Origin: a virus
Virus record (IMG/VR): IMGVR_UViG_3300028840_002420
Coordinates: 32,001-96,000 of that record
Reading direction: 5' to 3' (one strand)
DNA: 64,000 bases
The notes under the pieces are model-generated. The model made no database searches. It saw nothing but the letters and a program-made list of their open reading frames with translations, and was not told the origin of the DNA. The position numbers and the translations under genes are program-made. Of the stretch, positions 54,430 to 63,551 are shown piece after piece. Each line of letters begins with the position of its first letter. Within the stretch, counting starts at the first letter, position 1.

Positions 54430-55045
54430 CGCGGAGAAACAGAAGGCCTCGCTGGCGCATATGCAGGCGGCGGCCGTGGTGTTCGCCGATCCCGAGAAGG
54501 CTGGACACGCTGCCCAGCTCGAAGTCGAGACGGTGGATGATGCTTGGGTGTCGATCAGCAAGCACCACATGTTTTGCATCAATTATCCGGCGACCTGGCT
54601 CGCCGATTTGTGGCTGTGGCTTTCGGTCCGGTGCTGGAAGATGGGCAAAGCCGCTCGGGAGGACCTACCCGACCCGCGTGAAGGTCTTCCAGGGGAAGTC
54701 AAGCTTGATGTGATGGACCAGGTGGGGTCTGTCCAGAAAGGCCAGTGGAGCCCAGCTCAGGCTGCTGTCATCCGCAAGGCGCTCGCCGGTGAGATGCCGA
54801 TGACGCTGTGGAACCTGCAGAACGGTTGGCGTGCGACGTTGCTGCAGCGTCAGGACGCCGAGAATCCGGACAAGGGCAAGGTGCTGGTCGAGGAGGATGG
54901 CCAGGTGCGGACAACTGAGCGTGGTGAGCCGCCGAAGCCGGGCGAAGCTCCTGAAGGGTCGGCGATCGTTGCCGGTGAGCCGCCGAAGCGGAAAAAGAAG
55001 CTCAAGGTCAAGATCAAGAAGCCGAAGCCTCGAAAGAAGAAGTGA
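54422..55045 (+). CDS. Hypothetical protein with Lys-rich tail
   Basis: SD AAGGAG. Confidence 0.7.
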   Translation: MTDAEKQKASLAHMQAAAVVFADPEKAGHAAQLEVETVDDAWVSISKHHMFCINYPATWLADLWLWLSVRCWKMGKAAREDLPDPREGLPGEVKLDVMDQVGSVQKGQWSPAQAAVIRKALAGEMPMTLWNLQNGWRATLLQRQDAENPDKGKVLVEEDGQVRTTERGEPPKPGEAPEGSAIVAGEPPKRKKKLKVKIKKPKPRKKK

Positions 55046-55166
55046 TGGACCAGCTATACGAGCATTTGGGGACTGCTGCTGTGATCTTCGCGTTCGCCGT
55101 TTTGGTGTGGGCCTGGAGGCGGTAGTGTTCGGCGATCATTCTGCCAAGGGATTTGAAAGGGAAGCG

Positions 55167-55373
55167 ATGCCTGGACCAGCTCCGTTTGATTATCGTCTCG
55201 AGCGTTATTGGCACGATCCGATTGGTGGCGCTCGTTGGGCCGTTGTGGAGTTCGGTGATCAGCGGTCAGTGCTGATGGCTTATCACGCGTTGACGCAGCA
55301 GCTCGAGCTGGACAAGGTGCGGTTCCGCGTGGTGCGACCGAATGGTGAGACTGAAGTGGAGACGGCCCCATGA
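55167..55373 (+). CDS. Hypothetical protein
   Basis: ATGA coupling to the next gene. Confidence 0.5.
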   Translation: MPGPAPFDYRLERYWHDPIGGARWAVVEFGDQRSVLMAYHALTQQLELDKVRFRVVRPNGETEVETAP

Positions 55374-55633
55374 AGAATTGGGAGTGCGCAGCGGCTGCGT
55401 TTCTAGGGTATTTGGTGATGGCTTGGGGCTGGCCGTGGCTAGCTCGATGGATGCGGCGGCGCCGGCGAGCGCTCGATATGCAGATTCTTTGGCCGGAGAT
55501 GTGCCGTCAGGCCAAGACGCTGGATCATGCCAAGGCCGCGTTTGCGTTTCATGCCGCGGCTGATCCTGCCTGGACGCGGGATTACAGCCATGACGAGCTG
55601 GTGGCCTTTATCGATAAGTTGGAGTCTGCCTGA
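55370..55633 (+). CDS. Small membrane protein
   Basis: N-terminal TM helix. Confidence 0.6.
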   Translation: MKNWECAAAAFLGYLVMAWGWPWLARWMRRRRRALDMQILWPEMCRQAKTLDHAKAAFAFHAAADPAWTRDYSHDELVAFIDKLESA

Positions 55634-56181
55634 TGAAGCGAGGACAGAGGCGTTGTCTCGAGCGCGAAGTTGCCAAGGTGGCTATGTTCCTGAAGAACAT
55701 GGCCAAGACGGGCGCGTTCGACGGGCGCGAGACGCCGGCGAACATGAACTACATGCGGATCTGCTCGTACGACCACCATTTGACGGGGACGCGGCTGATC
55801 TTCACCAGAGACACCGGTCACCATACCAGCGGCTGGTTCAAGAATCCGGACTACGAGCGCTGCTTGCATTTGTCGATGTCCGCAATGCAGAGCCACACCA
55901 TCGGCCGGGCCGTGGATATGAGCCCCGAGCTGCAGCGGCGCTATCTGGAGGCGTTCTTTGGAGACGCAGCGCAGCTGGCCTGGAGCGAGACTCCGAAGAG
56001 CCCAGAGGGCATCCGGCGCGGTGTGATGCACTGGCGTGTGTTCTGCGATGAGCGCTGGTTGCCAATCAAACCGCGTGGCGAGGTCTACTCGCTCGAGTTC
56101 ACCGAAAAGGGCTGGCAGTCGGCCTCCGAGCTGTTCGAGACGAAGGGCCAGATCATCGAGTCAGTGCTGGAGCCGGGCTAA
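55633..56181 (+). CDS. Conserved-looking hypothetical protein
   Basis: TRDTGHHTSGWFKNPDYERCLHLS...HWRVFCDE. Confidence 0.75.
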   Translation: MKRGQRRCLEREVAKVAMFLKNMAKTGAFDGRETPANMNYMRICSYDHHLTGTRLIFTRDTGHHTSGWFKNPDYERCLHLSMSAMQSHTIGRAVDMSPELQRRYLEAFFGDAAQLAWSETPKSPEGIRRGVMHWRVFCDERWLPIKPRGEVYSLEFTEKGWQSASELFETKGQIIESVLEPG

Positions 56182-56381
56182 TGGCCGATCGATTGGTTGG
56201 AAACCGTTGCGCTCCGCGGCGTGCGTACGGAGATTGGCTCGAGCGCGAGCACGATCCGCTCCGTGATGAGAGCAAGGTCATCACGCTGCGGAATGTTCCG
56301 GGGCTGCCCGATGGCGATTACGTGGTGTGCATCTGCCGGCACTGCGGAAGCCTTTACGTGCAGCACATCAGTGACCTATGA
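56181..56381 (+). CDS. Small Zn-ribbon protein
   Basis: TAATG coupling; CRHCG. Confidence 0.5.
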   Translation: MADRLVGNRCAPRRAYGDWLEREHDPLRDESKVITLRNVPGLPDGDYVVCICRHCGSLYVQHISDL

Positions 56382-56608
56382 CGAAGAACAGAGTGTGGTT
56401 CCGGTTCGATCATCCGCTGACGATCGGCAATCCGCTGATCAGCGAACAGACCGGTAAGCAGATCGGGACGATCGTGGGCTGCTACCTCCACCCAGAGGGA
56501 CATTACGAGGTCGAATGCCGGGTGGACGAAGAGACCTACCAGAAGCTTGCGGAAGCTCACAACCGCGGCCATAGCATCGGGGCCGTTGCGGAAGGGAAGT
56601 TGAACTGA
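56378..56608 (+). CDS. Hypothetical protein
   Basis: Coupled. Confidence 0.55.
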   Translation: MTKNRVWFRFDHPLTIGNPLISEQTGKQIGTIVGCYLHPEGHYEVECRVDEETYQKLAEAHNRGHSIGAVAEGKLN

Positions 56609-57114
56609 TGGGGAGCCGATGTAGGGGGCAGTGTTGCCAGGCGTTCGTGTTGGGTGGGTACGATCTCGAGTACATCCAGCGTTCGTACGACAACACGATC
56701 CGGATGTGGCTGGGCGAGGACTTCGGGTGGACGAAGCCGGAAGGCTGGCTGCCGACGCTGGTCAACGGGATCTTCAGGTGGTGGCCGTGGATGGTTTACC
56801 TGGGGCGGTTCAAGGCTCATCCGGTGACGGGCGCCGAGCACCAAGAGATGGACTATTTCACTTGCTCGCAGTTTTCGGAGGAGGGCAATTGCTTGGTCTA
56901 CGATCGCCGTCCGCATTTCTGCCGGACCTACGGGATCACGACGCCCTGTGAGCACGAGGGCTGTCAGTGGGCCGGAGCCTGGAAGAAAGGTGAGCCTGCT
57001 CCTGTCAGTAGCCCGGAGATGCGGAAAGCTCTGATGGATGAGGTGCAGGAAGTGGATGTGGAGCCGATAGACGTGCTCGGGAAAGATGAGGTGGTTCAAC
57101 CATGGCAAACCTGA
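56608..57114 (+). CDS. YkgJ-like Cys-cluster (Zn/Fe-chelating) protein
   Basis: CRGQCC...C......CLVYDRRPHFCRTY. Confidence 0.8.
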   Translation: MGSRCRGQCCQAFVLGGYDLEYIQRSYDNTIRMWLGEDFGWTKPEGWLPTLVNGIFRWWPWMVYLGRFKAHPVTGAEHQEMDYFTCSQFSEEGNCLVYDRRPHFCRTYGITTPCEHEGCQWAGAWKKGEPAPVSSPEMRKALMDEVQEVDVEPIDVLGKDEVVQPWQT

Positions 57115-57320
57115 TGGCGTGCAAGATCCCAGGCTGCCCGAACACGATGACGTTTTCGGCCTACAATGTGCGGCCGATCTGTAACGAACACTGGCAACAG
57201 TTGCCCGAAGAGCTGAAAACAGAGATACTGCTGGCACGGCACGAGGGGCCGCGAAGAGTCGCGCAGACGTTGACCGCAGCTCAGCGGGTGTTGACGGAGA
57301 GAAAAGATGCAGGGGTTTGA
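57102..57320 (+). CDS. Small Zn-finger protein
   Basis: CKIPGC...CNEHWQQLP. Confidence 0.6.
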   Translation: MANLMACKIPGCPNTMTFSAYNVRPICNEHWQQLPEELKTEILLARHEGPRRVAQTLTAAQRVLTERKDAGV

Positions 57321-57597
57321 TCTCAAGAACGACCAGCCGGAGATTCCGGAGCACTTCAAGGCGCTCTGCCAGGGGCGGATGGTTCGCTACGTCCATCCAA
57401 GCGGTGTGACGCGGCCGGCTGTGGTGGTCGATGTCGTCGACCAGGGGCTGGGCCTGGTCGAGCTCCAGGTATTTGCCGGCGAGGGTTTGGCGATGGCCTC
57501 GTACATCGATGAGACGACGGGTCGAGCTGGCGTGTACGAATACGACGCCAAGGGCGTTGCCGCGAACAGCTGGCATTGGCCTCCGCGCCAAGGTTGA
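57307..57597 (+). CDS. Small phage protein (GRMVRY...PAVV...WHWPPR)
   Basis: Common SH3-like phage motif. Confidence 0.7.
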   Translation: MQGFDLKNDQPEIPEHFKALCQGRMVRYVHPSGVTRPAVVVDVVDQGLGLVELQVFAGEGLAMASYIDETTGRAGVYEYDAKGVAANSWHWPPRQG

Positions 57598-57601
57598 GAC
57601 C

Positions 57602-57850
57602 ATGGCCCGGCTGTCGGCCAATCAGGAGATCCTATTGCTGCTGATGATCGATGAAGCGGACCGCTGGTGGACCGCGGCAGCCGCTCGAGTTCGGTGGCCG
57701 ACAGATAGCGCTCCGAATTGCGTAGCGCTCGGAATAGCGCTGCGCGGGCTCTGGAGCCGGGGGTTGACGCATCGGGAGCATGGGCCTCCATCATCGTACC
57801 GATTGAACCACGGCGGAAAGCTGGCCGCGAAGGAGCTGAAGAATGGCTGA
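57602..57850 (+). CDS. Winged-helix protein
   Basis: LSANQ...L..RGL.....YRLNHGGK. Confidence 0.55.
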   Translation: MARLSANQEILLLLMIDEADRWWTAAAARVRWPTDSAPNCVALGIALRGLWSRGLTHREHGPPSSYRLNHGGKLAAKELKNG

Positions 57851-58088
57851 CAGGCCGAAATATTATCCGTTCATGCCGGTCCAGCTCGAGACGATGGACG
57901 GTCATCGTGTAGTGACGGCGTTGATCCCGCCGTTTCAGTCGTTGCCCGAAGTTGTGTCGTGGGGAACGCGGACGTTCAAGCTTCATGCTGATCCGCAGGA
58001 TAGCTACGCGCCGATCGTCTATCGAGAAGTGTTCGCTGTGGCGATTGTGATGACGGTGGACGAATACGCGGGGTCCGCAGATGCGTGA
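57843..58088 (+). CDS. Hypothetical protein
   Basis: SD AAGGAG. Confidence 0.65.
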   Translation: MADRPKYYPFMPVQLETMDGHRVVTALIPPFQSLPEVVSWGTRTFKLHADPQDSYAPIVYREVFAVAIVMTVDEYAGSADA

Positions 58089-58371
58089 TCGATTCCGTGT
58101 GGACGCACAGGTGCTCGGTGAGGAGTGTTCTTTGGGGACGCTCACCATTTACGGCGAGACGCTCGAAGACGCCATGGTGAGCGTGCTGGGGCTGCTGACA
58201 CCGCACATTCACGAAGGAGCTGCGGTTCAGATCCTTGGGACGGGTGTGTTCTGCGACGAATGCCGAGCTTACCATCCGTGCACCGATCGGCTACTTCAGA
58301 AGCACTCTGCTGATGAGGTTGAAGCGGAGGAAGCTCCGCCTCTGCCAGCTCCGCCCAACGGTTTCAATTGA
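58081..58371 (+). CDS. Hypothetical protein with Zn ribbon
   Basis: CDEC..HPC. Confidence 0.55.
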   Translation: MRDRFRVDAQVLGEECSLGTLTIYGETLEDAMVSVLGLLTPHIHEGAAVQILGTGVFCDECRAYHPCTDRLLQKHSADEVEAEEAPPLPAPPNGFN

Positions 58372-58595
58372 TGAGGCTGTGGCCTTGGGCACGTAGGCCG
58401 CGATGCTGCAGGCGCGCGGTCAAGATCATCTATGCCGGGCTGCCAGGCCGCTGGTGTCCGCGGTGTGGAAGGCTTAGCGGTCCCGCGTGTTGGGCCGCTC
58501 AGATATTCTTCACGGGCTGGATGATGACCTACACCGGTAGCTACTGGCTGGCGCTGTGGGAGTGGTTGCGGAATTCCGCATCGAATGCGGAATAG
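58368..58595 (+). CDS. Small Trp/Cys-rich protein
   Basis: Coupled; CPRCG. Confidence 0.5.
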   Translation: MMRLWPWARRPRCCRRAVKIIYAGLPGRWCPRCGRLSGPACWAAQIFFTGWMMTYTGSYWLALWEWLRNSASNAE

Positions 58596-58628
58596 AGGGT
58601 TGACAGTGCGGAGAGTCTCCGCTACCTT
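58567..58628 (+). promoter_or_regulatory. Sigma70 promoter with TGCGGA operator-like boxes
   Basis: TTGACA(58600)-17-TACCTT; palindrome TGCGGAATTCCGCA at 58567; boxes at 58586 and 58607; spacer palindrome GCGGAGA-G-TCTCCGC. Confidence 0.75.
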
Positions 58629-58666
58629 CTAATTATCGCTTCGGCGATTCACCAAGGAGACTCACG

Positions 58667-59065
58667 ATGACGACCGAATCTACCATTATCGCAAAGCACG
58701 GTGGCCTCTCTTGGGAAGCCGGAACCTGTGATGCCGGTCCGTATTACCTCAACAACCGGTGGATGATCTTTGCCAGCTTTGGTACTCGGAGCTTGGCAAT
58801 CAGTCGGCCGGGTAGTGTGTGGCAGCGCGAAGCGTTTGAGACTTCGCGGGCCGCATTTGAAGCCTGTAAGTTGGTGCTTGATCCTGAGTGCTATAACGCC
58901 GAAGAAATCCGGCGCGTGGTTCGGGTAGCTACTGTTGCTGCTCGGGCGGAGTGGAAACGGTTCGGCGAGACAATCGGGCGGATCGGTGGTTCTAGCGCTG
59001 TTGCGGCGTATCACGCTGCAACTCTTGATCGGGTGTGCAAAAAGTTGGAAGGGGGCTCCCGATGA
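58667..59065 (+). CDS. Hypothetical early protein
   Basis: SD AAGGAG after the promoter. Confidence 0.65.
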   Translation: MTTESTIIAKHGGLSWEAGTCDAGPYYLNNRWMIFASFGTRSLAISRPGSVWQREAFETSRAAFEACKLVLDPECYNAEEIRRVVRVATVAARAEWKRFGETIGRIGGSSAVAAYHAATLDRVCKKLEGGSR

Positions 59066-59382
59066 AGTCCGATAAAACGGTGTTCCCGCTCGAGCCGGGC
59101 GAGCTGACCAAGATCTTGGAGCGTGGGATCACTGAGGCCGATCGGCGCGGTCCGACGCTGAACCCTTCCTACAATGAGCTGCTGCGTCACTGGGCGGCAA
59201 CCGGACACCCGACCGATCCGCAGTGCGAGATCTGCGGAAAGGACGTGACGGGGCTGGACATCCACGATAGCGGCTACGATTGGCGCTGTGATGACTGCCA
59301 GGATGATCCGGTGTTCTGCACGGACGAAGACGATCGTGCGGAGCGGTTCTACTTCTCACCCAGGGAGCCGGCCAGTGACTAA
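59062..59382 (+). CDS. Zn-finger hypothetical protein
   Basis: CEIC...CDDC. Confidence 0.6.
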   Translation: MKSDKTVFPLEPGELTKILERGITEADRRGPTLNPSYNELLRHWAATGHPTDPQCEICGKDVTGLDIHDSGYDWRCDDCQDDPVFCTDEDDRAERFYFSPREPASD

Positions 59383-60013
59383 GCGATACCGTTGGAGCTG
59401 CGAGGGCGGTCATCCGGGCGTGTTGGCGCCGGGAAGGCTCCGCAAGGTGGACATTCGGCGTTATTGCTGGGAGTGCTCCAAGGCCGCGGGTGTGCTGGTC
59501 GAGCGGACGTGCGGAGTGCTCGAGGCCAAGCGGGCGGCCAAGGCCGAGCGTCGGGTAGCCAAGCGCGCGAAGGCCTCGGAGAAGCGCAAGGCTGCGGCAG
59601 CCGTCTATCCAGGGATCATTCACGAGCTGTTCCGCAAGTGGAAGCGGTTGCGGGCGTGGGACTGCCCGGACCGTATCAAGCGGGCCAAGCTTCGCAGTAT
59701 GCGGCGTCGGCGAGCGGGGGAAGAATCGACGGGGACGTGCTGGGGCGGTGGGATTCCGTCGATCACGTTGACGGTTGGGACGGACGCTGCAGATGGCTAC
59801 GCTACGTTGCTCCACGAGCTGGCTCACGCGGGTTGTGTTGTCGGGGAGAGTCACGGGTCCGCGTGGCGCACGACGTTTCTGGAGGCTGCTGAAGAGGTCA
59901 CAGGCGAAAAGCTGACGCCGTGTTTCGTCTCGAGTTGCCACGATGTTCACCGAGCCGTGCGGACGGCATTCGAGCGGATGATCGAGCGTGGCGACCTTCC
60001 AGGGAGGGTGTGA
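59375..60013 (+). CDS. SprT-like zinc metalloprotease
   Basis: TLLHELAH...HGSAW. Confidence 0.75.
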   Translation: MTKRYRWSCEGGHPGVLAPGRLRKVDIRRYCWECSKAAGVLVERTCGVLEAKRAAKAERRVAKRAKASEKRKAAAAVYPGIIHELFRKWKRLRAWDCPDRIKRAKLRSMRRRRAGEESTGTCWGGGIPSITLTVGTDAADGYATLLHELAHAGCVVGESHGSAWRTTFLEAAEEVTGEKLTPCFVSSCHDVHRAVRTAFERMIERGDLPGRV

Positions 60014-60459
60014 TGCAGCTCGAGCTGGATTTTGGGCGGCCATTCGAGAATGAGGAGCTGCACTGGGTGACGGGTTGCCGGCCGGATTATTCCGCTCAGC
60101 CGATGGCTCAGTACACCATCATGATCCGTGCGGATGATGATCCGGAGCGGAAGCCGCGGCCGAAGGGCGGTCAGAAGGATCGTCGTCCGCATCTGACGAT
60201 CGCCAAGTGGTCGATCGAGGACATCAAGGCTAAGCTGCTCGAGCACTTGTCAGACGGCGAGCCGCGGACGTTCAACCGGATCGGTATCGAGCTGTGGGAC
60301 AAGGGCGGAGACCTGCTAGCAGGGACGAAAGTGGAGGAAGCTCTGTGGGAGCTGGTCGAAGAGTACGAAGTAGGGTGTACGGTCCGGGCGCCGATCCGGT
60401 TCGTGGTGAATCTGGAATGGCGTTGGGACCACGAGCGGAAGGAGTGGGTTGAGCGATGA
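60013..60459 (+). CDS. Hypothetical protein
   Basis: TGATG coupling. Confidence 0.65.
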   Translation: MQLELDFGRPFENEELHWVTGCRPDYSAQPMAQYTIMIRADDDPERKPRPKGGQKDRRPHLTIAKWSIEDIKAKLLEHLSDGEPRTFNRIGIELWDKGGDLLAGTKVEEALWELVEEYEVGCTVRAPIRFVVNLEWRWDHERKEWVER

Positions 60460-61016
60460 TGTGCCTGGGTCAAATACGAAAAGCCGCCGCGGAATGTGTG
60501 ACGTGCCTAGAACGAGAGCGTTGTGCGGCGATTGCGGAAAGCAGGGCGAGTGCCGTGGATGATCAAGTAATGACAAGGCGACAAGTTTCGATCTTGATCG
60601 CCCTCGATGAAGACGAGTGGTTTGCCCCAGCGGAAATTCGAAGGCGGGTTGTCGAAGGGAGGGGTGGGGGCGTTCATTCAGCGCTGCAATCCGGAATCGG
60701 TTGGGGGTGGGTAGAGAAGCATGAAACGCGTTATCGGCTGACTGCTAAAGGCCGAATGGTTTTAGAGCGATCGATTAAATATTATGGCGACATGATGCGG
60801 GCTGGTGAGGACATCATCAATCAATTTGTTGCGGCAGCCGTTGCGGACTGGCTGTACGAGCGGCGTGACTGGACCGCGGAAGATGCCGCATTGGAGGCCT
60901 CCGATTTTATCGTGAAGCGGTCGGGGTCGCGCGGGGACTTTGAGATGCAGTCGCGGCTGACTGAGTATCTTCTCGATCGTTTTGAAAAGCGCGAAAAGGC
61001 GGCCGATGGCACTTAG
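60456..61016 (+). CDS. Winged-helix-containing protein
   Basis: MTRRQVSILIAL...YRLTAKGR. Confidence 0.6.
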   Translation: MMCLGQIRKAAAECVTCLERERCAAIAESRASAVDDQVMTRRQVSILIALDEDEWFAPAEIRRRVVEGRGGGVHSALQSGIGWGWVEKHETRYRLTAKGRMVLERSIKYYGDMMRAGEDIINQFVAAAVADWLYERRDWTAEDAALEASDFIVKRSGSRGDFEMQSRLTEYLLDRFEKREKAADGT

Positions 61017-61245
61017 GAAGTATCAGATTCGTGGTCTGCGGAAGCTTCGAGAGCTGGCGAATTTCGAGCGGGCTCATTTCGAGAGGATCGGGGTCGGTGT
61101 GGATGAAAAGCTGCCTGTGCTCGAGTCGGAGGTGACGGCGTTCATCAAAGAGCGGACGCGTCTTTATCGCCAGACGTGGGTATTGCCGCTGATTGATGCG
61201 CTGTTGCGCGGAGATGTCGAGGCCGTGAACAGGAAGTGTGATTGA
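61006..61245 (+). CDS. Hypothetical protein
   Basis: IKERTRLYRQTWV.PLID motif. Confidence 0.6.
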   Translation: MALRKYQIRGLRKLRELANFERAHFERIGVGVDEKLPVLESEVTAFIKERTRLYRQTWVLPLIDALLRGDVEAVNRKCD

Positions 61246-61550
61246 TGCTCAACGATAAGACGATTGGCGTGTACTACCTTGGCTACGGGCTCGAGCCGTC
61301 GCGAGAGCCGGAAGAGCACGAAGAGATCATCTGCGTGCCGAAGGACGGCCAGGCGGTCGAGGAAGCAGCCAAGGAGATGCTTCAGGACGTGATGGCGATC
61401 CATCTGGAAGGGGGTTTGCCTGGACCGGTACGGTTCGGCAAGCTGGTTTCGCTGTTCACCGAAGCGCTCAAAGCTGTGGAGCTCGAGCCGGTAGACAGCA
61501 GTGACCGCGGGCATTGGTTCGTTCTGCGGTGGGAGGAAAGGACAAATTGA
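61245..61550 (+). CDS. Hypothetical protein
   Basis: Coupled. Confidence 0.6.
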   Translation: MLNDKTIGVYYLGYGLEPSREPEEHEEIICVPKDGQAVEEAAKEMLQDVMAIHLEGGLPGPVRFGKLVSLFTEALKAVELEPVDSSDRGHWFVLRWEERTN

Positions 61551-62038
61551 AGATTCCGAGGACTGATTGGGACACCTACTGGATGCTGCTGGCACACCTG
61601 ACGGCGACACGGAGCACGTGCGATCGGGGGCCGGAGCTGCTGTTTGACCCTGGACGGCGAGGCGTCGGTGCGGTGCTGGTCCGGGACAAGCGGATGATCG
61701 CGGGCGGCTACAGCGGCTCTGCTCCAGGACAGCCGCATTGCAGCGATGCGGACCATCTGATGGTCGAGGGGCATTGTGTGCGGACGCTGCATAGCGAGGT
61801 CAACGCGATTCTGCAGTGCGCGTTGGATGGAGTCTCTCCGGCCGGAGCGGCGCTGTATTGCACGGCCAGTCCGTGCTTCGACTGCGCCAAGGCGATCATT
61901 CGGGCTGGAATCGTTCGAGTAGTCTACGGAAGCCCTTACGATTCACGGTATGGCTTGAGCGGCGGTGTGGGGGCGATGCTGACTAAGGCTGGGATCGCTG
62001 CAGAAGAGCTTGCCCTACAGCGGAGCGACTTCGAGTAA
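61547..62038 (+). CDS. dCMP deaminase
   Basis: WDTYWM..A...ATRSTC.R..VGAVLV..GYSG..HC...HSEVNAI...SPCFDCAKAII.AGI. Confidence 0.92.
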   Translation: MKIPRTDWDTYWMLLAHLTATRSTCDRGPELLFDPGRRGVGAVLVRDKRMIAGGYSGSAPGQPHCSDADHLMVEGHCVRTLHSEVNAILQCALDGVSPAGAALYCTASPCFDCAKAIIRAGIVRVVYGSPYDSRYGLSGGVGAMLTKAGIAAEELALQRSDFE

Positions 62039-62047
62039 ACTGGCGCG

Positions 62048-62908
62048 GTGGAGCGGCAAGCAACAGCACGGCGGCGAGCGCTGATCGATCAGGCTTTGGC
62101 GGCATTGCCCGAGCAGGCGAATCCTACCGAAGGGCCTCCAGAGGGTTCAGTTCGGCGTCATGGTTGCGAGTATGAGAGCAAGTGCATCACAGTCGCTACG
62201 GCCGGGACCTGGAGGGCTTTGTCATGTGCGGAATGCGAGCTGCGAGCGGTGCCCGTGGATTGGCACAAGGTCGCGACTCCGCCCCGTGGCGGTCAGACCT
62301 GGATCGACGAACAGGACGGAATCAGGAATCGGGATGTCGGGCCCTTGAAAGCCGCGTTGGATAAGCAGCCGGTCGCTCGGGGGTCCAGTTGGAAAGACGA
62401 GCAGGTGAAGACGAAAAAGCAGGCGCCTACGAAACCCGTGGAGGAATCGATGTCGAGAGCCAAGAGCGTGTTTGAAATGCTGCCCGATGCCGCGCGGCCG
62501 ATCATTGGAGAGGCCGTAGGCTCAAGCGAGAGCCGTTTTGCGGAGTGGTACGCAGCGTTGAAGAAGGCCTGCCCGAAATCGCAGCTCGGAAGCGCTGCAG
62601 CGTTCAGGATGTGGATTTTGGGGCAACGGCGGAAGCGCTCGGGCAAACCGGCGCGGCCGGCAACGAACAACACCGGGCGGAAGGCCCCGACCAAGAAGGT
62701 GAAGGCCAAGAAGGCGAAGGCTGTCACGGTCACACAGCCGCCGCTGGTCAAGCCCAAGAAGCGGAAAGCCATTCCGAGTGCTGATCGGTCGCCGTCCGAG
62801 CTGGCGCAGCGGGCAGTGACGATCGTCGAGGCCATAGCGGATTTGACGGAGGACGAACGCTCGAGAGTGATCGGCTCCGTTAACCGTCTGCTCGCAACAG
62901 ACGGCTAA
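62048..62908 (+). CDS. Basic hypothetical protein with N-terminal Cys cluster; could be two domains or start at 62450
   Basis: Long ORF; internal SD GGAGG-ATG. Confidence 0.55.
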   Translation: MERQATARRRALIDQALAALPEQANPTEGPPEGSVRRHGCEYESKCITVATAGTWRALSCAECELRAVPVDWHKVATPPRGGQTWIDEQDGIRNRDVGPLKAALDKQPVARGSSWKDEQVKTKKQAPTKPVEESMSRAKSVFEMLPDAARPIIGEAVGSSESRFAEWYAALKKACPKSQLGSAAAFRMWILGQRRKRSGKPARPATNNTGRKAPTKKVKAKKAKAVTVTQPPLVKPKKRKAIPSADRSPSELAQRAVTIVEAIADLTEDERSRVIGSVNRLLATDG

Positions 62909-63108
62909 GCCGCGGCGACGTTCCGCACGGGTACCATCTCCTCCAAGCACTCACCACAGTAAGCCACCCCACCATCGAATTGACGGCCGGACGCAATCTC
63001 ATCTGTGGAGAAAATGAGCGGAGTTGAGGGCTTACACCCGTTCGGGCATACCGCTACAGCGTCGTGGACCGCGCACCATTGCGCGTATGTTCGAATTGCT
63101 CGTTTCAT
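62905..63108 (-). CDS. Small Zn-ribbon protein on the minus strand
   Basis: CPNGC...CGEC; convergent stop overlap. Confidence 0.5.
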   Translation of the reverse strand: MKRAIRTYAQWCAVHDAVAVCPNGCKPSTPLIFSTDEIASGRQFDGGVAYCGECLEEMVPVRNVAAA

Positions 63109-63117
63109 GGGTCCAGG

Positions 63118-63237
63118 TCCGCATCTGCCTACATCTTGATCGCTGATTGCGGAATGTCAAGGGATGCGGGTGTTTACGATTGCGGAATTCGTTTTCTGCG
63201 GAATAGGGGTTGCAAAGTGCGGAGTCGCGGTCACCAT
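63118..63237. promoter_or_regulatory. Divergent control region with five TGCGGA boxes
   Basis: Boxes at 63118 (reverse), 63148, 63181, 63197 and 63218; TTGCAA -35-like box lies between the last two. Confidence 0.6.
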
Positions 63238-63271
63238 GATCAGTGCCTTTGGGCGAACCCAGGAGACTCAG

Positions 63272-63517
63272 ATGACGGCGGAAGAGGATCGCGCGTTCGA
63301 GCAGGATCAGATCATGTCGTGGGCAAGGAAGTTGTGGCCTCGTACTTCGCAGCTCCGGCCAATCAAGACGTTTTCGTCGATTTGCAACGGGCAGCAGTGG
63401 TACATGGTGCTGTCCGATAGCGGAAACAAGCTGGCGATGGCGTTTTTAGACCCGACAAATTTCTTGCCGTGGTTTCAGCCGGTCGGGTCGACGGAGCCCG
63501 ACGAGTGCGGAGGGTAG
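63272..63517 (+). CDS. Hypothetical protein
   Basis: SD AGGAG. Confidence 0.6.
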   Translation: MTAEEDRAFEQDQIMSWARKLWPRTSQLRPIKTFSSICNGQQWYMVLSDSGNKLAMAFLDPTNFLPWFQPVGSTEPDECGG

Positions 63518-63551
63518 TGCAAATAATGCGGAGTGGTGTAACATCTGCGGA

